From: Eukaryota sp. TZLM1-RC
Lineage: Eukaryota; Protista; Metamonada: BaSk clade
NCBI GenBank assembly: GCA_040285825.1
Contig: JAUPSS010000004.1
Location: forward strand, 124,001 to 188,000
DNA: 64,000 bases
Direction of reading: 5' to 3'
Positions 55,247 to 64,000 of this stretch are shown here, in pieces. Under the pieces are notes generated by a model. It had not been told where the DNA came from. It worked only from the letters and a program-made list of their open reading frames with translations, and did no database searches. The stretch's first letter is position 1. Each line of letters begins with the position of its first letter. Both the position numbers and the translations under genes were made by a program.

Positions 55247-57931
55247 ATGGTTCAGTCTTATCTTAAACTTGAACATGAGGACTCTTTCGGAGTTACCGTA
55301 TCCTCTTCTTATCATGGAGTTGTAGATTCATCAGGACGAATCATATACTGTCCTTCCTCTGATTATATTTCTGCCTGGAACACCAAACTCAATATCCTAC
55401 AATCTACCTTTACCAACGAACCTGCCACAGAAGTTACTTGTCTCCAATATTTCCCCCATGCACCAGTGCCTCTCCTTGCTGTGGGTTACGCTTCGGGTGC
55501 TATCCGCGTCTTCAATACCAACGATTCTTCCCTTCGATGTTGCTTCGACGGCCATCGCAGTGCCATCACCGTTCTCAAATTCAACCACGATGGCTCTCTC
55601 CTCGCCTCTGGAAGTAATGACACTGACATTGTGGTTTGGAACATTTTCTCTGAAAAGGGTGTTTGTCGTCTCAAAGGTCATTCAAACTCTATTTCTGGTC
55701 TTTCCTTTCTTTCTCACACCTCTTCTCCCTTCATTGTTTCCTCCTCCAGAGATACCACAGTCCGTGTCTGGGACGTTAGCCTCTCTCAATGTGTAGAAAC
55801 TATCATTGGCCATAGAGTTGAACTTTTTGGTTTGGATTCAGTTTATATGGAAGATTTAGAATGTTGGTTGGTTGCAATTGGAACAGCGTTTAAGAATTTT
55901 ATTTTATATAAATTAAGTTTTTCCTGTATTGGAGAGAAGAGAAGGCAATCCAATCAAACTGTTTCATATGATTTGATTGGCTCAGTTGACCGCCATGCTG
56001 ATAATGGTAACGGGAGAACTACTTTTCTCGAATTTTGTATTGTAAAAGAAGCAATTTATTTATTAATAAGTGGTAAATCCCGAGGTTTGGATGTTTTTAA
56101 AATTTCCAATCAAACAGAACGCGAAAAAAGATTGAAAAAAAGAGCAAAACGTAGAATAAAAGAGGGGAAAAGTGACGAAGTAACAGTAGAGCCAGAAGAT
56201 TGGTCACGTCATCATAGGTCAATAAGAACGTCATCAATGATTGTTGGGTTTTCTATTCGCAATGATTTTGTTTATATATCGACCAAGGAGAATTCGGTCG
56301 AAATCTTTGGATTTTTGACCGATAATGACGTTTGCTCTACCCTAAGTCAAGGTCATTCAAGCTATGTCACGTCATCAGCTTTGACTTTTGACGACCTTCA
56401 GTTAGTTACTGGCTCAAATGATGGTTTAAGAACTTGGTCATTATCCAAAAAGACACTTAGTTCTTTCATTCCTTTTAAAGGTAAAATCACCAAATTAATT
56501 TTAGTTCCTGGTAATAGATTTGTTGTGTTTGGGACAAAGGAAGGTGATTTAGGAGTTGCTGATCTGTCGGCTAGTTCTATCACGTTTACTGACACGTGTC
56601 ATCCAGGGGGTGTGACGTCATTGGTGATGTTAGCAGATCAAAGTGGTGTTGTTAGCGGGGGTAGTGACAAGACGATTAAATTTTGGGATTTTGAGCTATC
56701 CACGTCATCCGCCACGTCATCATTTCTGACCCTCACCCCCAGTCGAACCCTTGAAGTTGCTGATGGTGTTTCTTCTCTTACTGTTTCTAATGATAATAAG
56801 TTTATTTTGGCAGGTTTATTGGATAATTCTGTTAAAGTTTTCTATTCGGATTCATTTAATCTGTTCCTTTCGCTTTATGGACACAAGCTTCCTGTGGTTT
56901 CAATGGATGTCTCTTTTGACAATCAAATTTTGATTACAGGAAGTTTAGACAAAACAGTCAAAATTTGGGGGCTTGATTTTGGCGACTGTCATCGATCCCT
57001 TCTCGCCCATGATGGGGAAGTTTCCGGGGTTAAATGGCTACCTCAGACCCATCACTTTATTTCAATTGGGAAGGATAAGTTAGTTAAATACTGGGATGGT
57101 GATTCTTTCAAGTTAGTACAGACTCTTAAATCTCATACTCAATCTATTAATACCCTATCTGTTGCTTCTAATGGTGGTTTTCTAGTCACCGCTGGTCTTG
57201 ATAGGTCAATAAGAATCTTTAGAAAAACATCGTCACCTATTTACCCTCATTTGGAACAATCAGATCAAATGGAAAGTGAAGCAAATATTGAAGCTGCCCA
57301 AATTTTGGACCGAGCAAGACAAGACCTTGACCCTTCGAGACCAACTGTTGTCACTACTGCTTCCCTGAAAGCTGGAGATCGGCTTGTATCTGCCTTAGAA
57401 TTGTGTTCTCAGTGGATTGCTGAACAAGTAGCTTATTTGAACCAATTAAAGTCGGTGGGAATCGACCCCAGACACATTGGACCAGAAACAAAATTACCTA
57501 CGCTACCTCCCACTCCACCGATTTATTTGATGAACAAGACTACATCCCAATATTTGTATGAAATTCTGGCTGATTTACCTACGGTTGACCTCTCAGATGC
57601 TGTTTCATATATTCCTTTTTCATTGGTGGAATGTTTTGCTTCTCTATTAATTTCCTTAGTCAATGATTTCACTGTTCCAATTGAGTTAATAGCCAGAACT
57701 TCGCTCTATTTGTTTAATTCTCATGGAGATGCTATTAGAAACTCTCCTAGTGTCTCCATATTACTTGATAAGTTGGGCAATTCTCTATCAAACAGAGTAA
57801 ATAGTTTAGTTGAAAGTAGTGGTATTTGTTTGGAAGCTTTGATGTTAATTCAGAGAGAAATTGAAGCTGAATCTGGTCCATTATTCGATCCAATCACTGG
57901 TGAAAAGAGAATAAATGTGGAAAAAGAATAG
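55247..57931 (+). CDS. WDR3: WD repeat protein WDR3/UTP12/DIP2 (SSU processome)
   Basis: MVQSYLK start, LAVGYASGAIRVF, LASGSNDTDIVVW, LSLYGHKLPV.SMD, KIWGLDFGDCHRSL.AH, KYWDGD.F, SLKAGDRL. Confidence 0.92.
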   Translation: MVQSYLKLEHEDSFGVTVSSSYHGVVDSSGRIIYCPSSDYISAWNTKLNILQSTFTNEPATEVTCLQYFPHAPVPLLAVGYASGAIRVFNTNDSSLRCCFDGHRSAITVLKFNHDGSLLASGSNDTDIVVWNIFSEKGVCRLKGHSNSISGLSFLSHTSSPFIVSSSRDTTVRVWDVSLSQCVETIIGHRVELFGLDSVYMEDLECWLVAIGTAFKNFILYKLSFSCIGEKRRQSNQTVSYDLIGSVDRHADNGNGRTTFLEFCIVKEAIYLLISGKSRGLDVFKISNQTEREKRLKKRAKRRIKEGKSDEVTVEPEDWSRHHRSIRTSSMIVGFSIRNDFVYISTKENSVEIFGFLTDNDVCSTLSQGHSSYVTSSALTFDDLQLVTGSNDGLRTWSLSKKTLSSFIPFKGKITKLILVPGNRFVVFGTKEGDLGVADLSASSITFTDTCHPGGVTSLVMLADQSGVVSGGSDKTIKFWDFELSTSSATSSFLTLTPSRTLEVADGVSSLTVSNDNKFILAGLLDNSVKVFYSDSFNLFLSLYGHKLPVVSMDVSFDNQILITGSLDKTVKIWGLDFGDCHRSLLAHDGEVSGVKWLPQTHHFISIGKDKLVKYWDGDSFKLVQTLKSHTQSINTLSVASNGGFLVTAGLDRSIRIFRKTSSPIYPHLEQSDQMESEANIEAAQILDRARQDLDPSRPTVVTTASLKAGDRLVSALELCSQWIAEQVAYLNQLKSVGIDPRHIGPETKLPTLPPTPPIYLMNKTTSQYLYEILADLPTVDLSDAVSYIPFSLVECFASLLISLVNDFTVPIELIARTSLYLFNSHGDAIRNSPSVSILLDKLGNSLSNRVNSLVESSGICLEALMLIQREIEAESGPLFDPITGEKRINVEKE

Positions 57932-59479
57932 TTTTATTTAATTCTTTAGTTTTTGGTTTTAGTTTATTATAAACTTAGTATTTCTAAATGTTGTTTTATC
58001 TTATGGCTATTTATAGCTGGATTTTCACTGTTTCATGTTATCCAACAACAAGTTTGTAATGGCACTGGTAAGGGTGGTATATTGAGATAACTGAATTATC
58101 TCGGTTTTTACCAATTGTCGTCAGAAGTAATTAATTGTCACGGCTACTAGTGCGCTGATAGAAAAAAAAACTAAAGAGAACTGACGCATAAGCGTGAGGT
58201 ATCAATTTGTAGATAATTCATATTAATTTCTTCCAATGCCTTCCAACAAATTCAGATTCGAATTCTGGCCGCCGTAGAGCGAAAAAGTATTAATTTCCAA
58301 CAGTTCAATACTATTACGGCATATTCACACTATCAACAGACCTGCTACTGATTTTTTTAAACCTCCCAATTACTGTAGAGTAATCTGAGCTGGTAATCAT
58401 AACCAAAATTGATAAAAATTGTCTACTGTTCCACAAATTTACTTGGTGTCTGTATTTCCCATTTCGTAGACACATTCCTATATTTTATTGTGCAAAGTAC
58501 AATCGGAAATGAATAAAACTGTTGTTTTTCCAAATATTTGAATATTTGCAAGGCAATAAGACAATTTCTCTGTATGTTCATCTGTTGAAATTTTGAAAGA
58601 AATTTAATTGCTCTAGACAAGGATTATTTTCTTCGAAAATCACTTTTCAATTCTGCCATTTGATGTAAAAATTGAATTATAATCACCTCTCTTCTGATTC
58701 ACGATAATTAAAAATGTAATCAATGAACGATAATCACTTTTTCACAAATCATAACTACATAGTCATTGGTCTCATTGAGTTTCCTCGTCAAAATTTTTAC
58801 AAAAAACATTACCAGTAAATGGAACAACTGATCGACATTCACGACTGCAAGCTGTTTACAACATATTTTTGCATTTCTGGTTCAACTACACGCTCGATTG
58901 ATGTAAACATCGATAGTGCAAAGGACACTACTTCTACTTTATTCACTAATATACATAGTATGTTGTAGAACAAACTTGTAAATTCATAGTGTGTTCTCGA
59001 AATTTCGCCAATTACAAAAGCAGGACGATCAAATCGGCATGATTTGTGAAGCTTTCGTTATTTATGAAGTCCGACATTCATAATTTCATGCACTTGCAAC
59101 AAAGTAATCTTGAAAAACTCTGCCGTCAATGTGAAAAGATTGTAGTTAAGTATAGAGGAAAACCCAAAACTTAAAATAAGAGCAACAAAATATAATGAAA
59201 GGGATACACACAGAGTAAATGAATAAGACAGATGTGTTGTTATTATGAGGTGGGAGTCAAAATCACACAGTAAAGATGTTTTTTAACGATGAGGGTGATG
59301 TGCTTCAAATTGGTTCAATTCTAATTAATGGAAAAATCAAAAAAATGCTACAGACCAGAAGTTTCATGGAGAAAGGAAACACAGCAATGATATGATCCAA
59401 CTTCTTCATTTGTTAATGATTTTTGTGGGAGAAATCCAGGGACACATTAATTTATTGACCTCTTGAGCTCTCCTCACTT

Positions 59480-60004
59480 ATGTTCAACTCTGGCATAGAA
59501 GTGGCGACCCTCTGTCTTCTTACACACTTCTACACCCTACAGGAAATCCAGGATGTTCTTGAGATATCCACAGCCACTTTGAAACGCAGATTTCTGAAGT
59601 ACAAGCACACAATCCCAGAGTTTAACGTCAAAAAGCCCCCCAAAGGACCAAAAAGCTTTGGAAAGATCATCCCTTTGACAAGGGACATCTATTCCCTTGC
59701 TTTCAAATACACTCAAGCCAACCATGTAGATGACTTTATTCTCCTCATGACTGACCTCTACGTTGGTGACGTCAAAGCCAGGGATGGACTGAAGAAAATG
59801 CAAGAAATGATAGATAAGATTCACCCTCCATCTGTTCCAGTAGTTAGACCTGAACCCGTTAGACCATTTACCAACCAGTCCATCCAGTCAGTTGTCCCTT
59901 TTGAGTATAGGTTTACACCAGGGGGAAGGGATGATTGGAATTCGAGCGAGATGGACGATCTTTTTGTGGTCAATATGTTATGTCACATGAATGAATTTGG
60001 TTGA
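59480..60004 (+). CDS. Hypothetical protein with an HTH-like segment
   Basis: 174-aa ATG ORF; YTLQEIQDVLEISTATLKRRF resembles an HTH such as the TFIIB C-terminal one. Family unassigned. Confidence 0.45.
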   Translation: MFNSGIEVATLCLLTHFYTLQEIQDVLEISTATLKRRFLKYKHTIPEFNVKKPPKGPKSFGKIIPLTRDIYSLAFKYTQANHVDDFILLMTDLYVGDVKARDGLKKMQEMIDKIHPPSVPVVRPEPVRPFTNQSIQSVVPFEYRFTPGGRDDWNSSEMDDLFVVNMLCHMNEFG

Positions 60005-60259
60005 CTTTTGGTTATTTTTATGTTTTTTTTATTTTTTTGGGGATGGTTTTTGTGAATGTGTTTTGGTTTAATTTTGATTTAAGTATTAAACTTTTTTCTG
60101 AAATATATTAAGTTCAAAATCCTCAACATTAATATTAGTTTTATTTTTCTAAATGTTCTTGTTATTTATCATATTTGTTAAGTAAAATCAAATACAAGAT
60201 TGCCTCTTTTTGTTGTTCTGTGTCAATAATAATAAAGAATTATCTGAAACATTAAAATG

Positions 60260-60966
60260 CAGTGTTCTGTGGTGCGGTACTTTTTGACGTCGCACCCGTT
60301 TTCGTGTGATCGGGTGCGAACCGTCCCATAATCTGGTGCGATACTGCACAAGCTTAAAACACCATATTTCGGAAAAATATGTCCATTTTTAGTTTTTAAG
60401 TTTGTTGCACAATAAAATCTTTCTCTTGTCCTTAAACATGGATGAAAACTGTTCATTCATCAACAGTGACGACTAGTTTGAAGTCATTAGAAACCCTGTC
60501 ACAAATGGTAAAGGATCCAATATATTGGATCCTATGATCCACTGGAAAAAATTGACTCATTGGATGATGACGAAAATGTTGTAAGTTGTAGTGATAGTAA
60601 AACACAAGAAATTATGGAAGAAGTATTAGATGAGTGGTTTATTGAACCAGTGTTTGACATCAATGTGATAATCTAGTATTATTTTAGTGACAGAAGGTTT
60701 GATGCCTTGATTTCTGCTTGTATTTTATGGGATAAAATAAGTTTGATCTTTTTTTAGAACTCTTAGGTCACGAGGAAGTATACAGAAATATATATTTATA
60801 TTTATATATATATATATATTGTGTGTACTCTACTTTTATATATACTTGTATACTTATTGTACATGCTTGTTCAACAAGGCATGTATATAGCTCACGTAAG
60901 TTATGTGTATAATTGTGTGCGCACTGACTGACAAATTTGTTGCACCGGTCGCACCACAGAACATTG
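60260..60966. mobile_element. hAT-like MITE (707 bp)
   Basis: 17-bp TIRs CAGTGTTCTGTGGTGCG / CGCACCACAGAACATTG (one mismatch); 8-bp TSD TTAAAATG / TTAAAACG; no long ORF; internal (TA)n. Confidence 0.75.
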
Positions 60967-63464
60967 TTAAAACGTGAAAATACATGTGTTTAAGTCAAAT
61001 GGAATGACGATTAAATAGAAAAAAGATGTTCCTAAAACTGATTCCCCCTCGCTTATCAACTTTAGTTATAAATAAAAGTGAGAAATACAGTGAAAGTGTT
61101 GAGGAAAAGTTGAAGAAAACATTATAGGATTCATCCAAATAGCATAAATAGGATCAACGATTCTTTTACTGTTTCACAAATGACCCTTAATCATCATTGA
61201 CAGATGATCTTTTTGGACTTAATGTAGCACTAGTGGAACAAAAAAGAGCCACCAATGCTAATACTTTGTTTAAAATGTAAAATATTAATTTGTTCTTCAA
61301 GGAAAAATGAATTGGCTTCCCAAAGATCATAAACACCAACACTGCATTCTCGGAAATCATACAAGTTGAACTTGGTCAGATAATACATTCAAATGAATGA
61401 TAATTAGGGAAGTTTGACATTAAACTTGATTTGTATGTGAACATGTCTAATTAAACTTGAGAGATGTTTCAATAGAATAATTGACATAAAGAGCAACAAG
61501 TTACAGATAAATTTGGATCCAAAAATCCGGATACTATTCAACAACGAAAATCCACTTGGGAAAAGCTAAGTCCAAAGAAGTTGCTCGATTACTGTCTGGT
61601 AAATCATAACAATCATCCATGAAAAGGTAATGAAATTTTGACATTTGATTGGAATTTTATATATAGATTTAAATTGAAGTCAAAAGAGCGTTTTTTTTAC
61701 CAAAGAATGAAGGACTTTGTAAAATTACATTAGAATGATTTGATGATGAAACTCATAAATTTTGATTCAAATTAGGATTGACATCAACCAAGGATTCAAC
61801 AAATGTTCTCAACTGATTCAACCATCAGCAGAATTATCATGAAATATCTCAAAAAATTATCCTTAATATTTAATTAATTGAACTTGCGATCTTAACAAAA
61901 TACACTTATAACTAATGGAACGAAATTCCTTGAACCAAGATTTTCTCTACAAAATCTTGATCTGTTCGCTGTTTAGCTGAAGTTTCTCTAATTCGATTGA
62001 AAAACCTAGGCAATCTATTAATAATGGCAAATTGAATTCGTTAGCTCCTTAATATGTGAGTAAACTTACTTGAGTAAAAGGTTTTCCCAATAAAATACTT
62101 GATATGTTTAATTGTATCAAGTTTGGAGCCAATTTTAAACTCAACCTTAATCAATTCTTTTGTCATTTTGGCGTCATTTCAAGGCCATGAACCTGGTAAA
62201 CGAAAGATTAAATCCTTAGATTAAATGAAAAAGAAAATTTCAACACCATCAACATTTAAGCTGTTGTTTAACATTGCCAATCAGCAGACATTTGACTGGA
62301 TTTATCAGCGTAAATGACAAAGTAAAAGAAAGAACCTTCGGCGGCAACCTCAATCAAGACATCACGAAGGGCTATCAATGGGAGCGTATCCCTATATGCT
62401 ACTATTTTCAACATATGAAAAAGTTTACTAAAAAAATATAAAAAATAAAAAAAAATAAGAACAAAATAAATCAAGGACTGGTGGATTGAAAAACAGTCAG
62501 CCAAAAGAATAACTGCAAAATAAATACGAACAGTGTGTAAGATTCAAAATGTATGATACCATACATTAACAAAGTCATTTTGACAAATGAGGAATTTTTC
62601 TGGATTAAATCATAAAATACAATTCTGTGAATCAATTTACAAAGATTCATTCAAGTCAGAATATTTTATAATTTTGACTATTAGCAACTGGAACCATCAA
62701 TATTGTGAGATTGAGAACAGGTGATAAGAACTTTGCAGCATCAGGAGCAACACGATTGAAAAAATGAGACGAGTAATAGGAGTATATCTTAGTGAGACTA
62801 AATTTTGGGAATATTCAGCTGGATCATCATAGATTCTTCTAAATCGAGGGAAATAACGAGAAATAAAAGAAGGAAATGTGACTTTGTCTTTGGAACACTG
62901 AGTAACAGTATTCATTGCTTCTTTCTGTTACAATTATAGGTGTATCAGATCAGAACTTACACACTTGTGGTTTTGAACCATTGCAATATTCTTCTGAAAG
63001 AAGTTTTGTTATTTTGCCAGCAGTTGGATCAACCAATTTTTTTGCTATTCTTACTAAATAACGTGTGGATTTCTGAGTAATAAATCAAATGAAAATGCTA
63101 CTCTGTTGAATCAATCGTCAAACCATTGGACATTACTAAAACTAACTGAGTCAGAGTTATATTTTGACAGAGTTTGACATTTCCCTTTAACTTGTTTTTT
63201 TAACATCGTTTGCTCTGAATGCTACGAGGAATTCTATAAGGTGTGGATGATGATAGCTGTTGATTTCTGTATAAACAATAACCGAGCAGCAGACTCTCTG
63301 TTTTGTTACCCAATGATCTCAAATTAAGAAGGTCATTTGATTTGGTGATAACATTGAGTTTATTAGATGTTTCAATGGTGAAGTTCCTACACATCTACGT
63401 CTCCTCCATTTTTCTCTCAACAATTGCACCAAAAACCAAGGATCTGATAATTAAATCATCTGGA

Positions 63465-63920
63465 TCAACTTGTATTGTTTTGTTGCGTTGTTCTTTGGTC
63501 GTGAATGGTGTGGGTTACTTTGCTTGAGAGCATAAGTGCTTTGGAGAGTTGGTTGGCTCTTTTCTTCAGAAATTGAATTTTATGCTGGTAAAATGAAACA
63601 TCAGTGGCCATTAGAATAAATGTGTTATCAGGTAAGAGTTCCACAGCTTTGATTTCAATATATGTCTTGTTGTCCACAGAGAGCAGGAATGTCTGGTCCT
63701 TGAACTGATCCAAGTCTACGTCGCTTCGTACTTTTCCCAGGACGTCCATGAGGTTTGACAATTCTTTTAATGACGAATTTGATGTAAACATCTCTGCGAG
63801 ATTCTTTGCATCTAGCTGACGAGCTCCCAATAGAGAGAGAAGTGGAGGGGAGATGTTTAGAACATCCAGATTACAACTACAAACCACATATGGAAGCCAT
63901 TCTAAGTAAGAGGCTATCAT
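63465..63920 (-). CDS. Partial gene at the window end, possibly PAS-domain-containing
   Basis: 151-aa ORF with IEIKAVEL..FILMATDVS followed by a coiled coil, as at PAS/PAC C-termini. The 5' extent is uncertain. Confidence 0.3.
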   Translation of the reverse strand: MIASYLEWLPYVVCSCNLDVLNISPPLLSLLGARQLDAKNLAEMFTSNSSLKELSNLMDVLGKVRSDVDLDQFKDQTFLLSVDNKTYIEIKAVELLPDNTFILMATDVSFYQHKIQFLKKRANQLSKALMLSSKVTHTIHDQRTTQQNNTS

Positions 63921-64000
63921 AAGGACAAGTTGAAACTTTGGACTGTAGATCTCTTCATATCAAGAGATCTTGTCATCACTATTGTCATGTCGTTTTAGTT

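Noticed and set aside
58150-59150. Decayed coding-like DNA (also 13380-13880, 20760-21140, 54360-54960, 61000-62200)
   Set aside because: Many stops and no recognisable motifs; cannot be assigned without a translated search.

Overview
AT-rich, gene-compact microbial eukaryote DNA using the standard genetic code. Most genes are intronless; one has tiny 28-31 nt GT-AG introns. Host genes: RFC small subunit (RFC2/Rfc4), a four-intron Argonaute/PIWI with a degenerate catalytic tetrad, an ankyrin protein, a 1098-aa unknown, a PARP-like/B-box/TLDc protein, a ~3900-aa RCC1-repeat membrane protein, a ZNFX1/Hrr1-like helicase and WDR3/UTP12. Intergenic space is filled with TE debris: CRE/SLACS-like non-LTR fragments, Ty3/Gypsy elements with ~80-100 bp LTRs and a hAT-like MITE. 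The main result is a Fanzor (eukaryotic TnpB-like RNA-guided nuclease) system at 39.5-47.9 kb. It comprises a ~650-aa Fanzor reading frame (three frame breaks, RuvC D/E/D intact), a ~270-nt non-coding 3' region conserved in a second, inverted degenerate copy (candidate omegaRNA), IS630/Tc1-like transposase fragments, and TA-flanked terminal inverted repeats (24/26 match) at 39526 and 47867. The right end lies 15 bp upstream of the ZNFX1 ATG, so the predicted guide covers that start region. All protein calls come from motif recognition by eye; no database searches were run.
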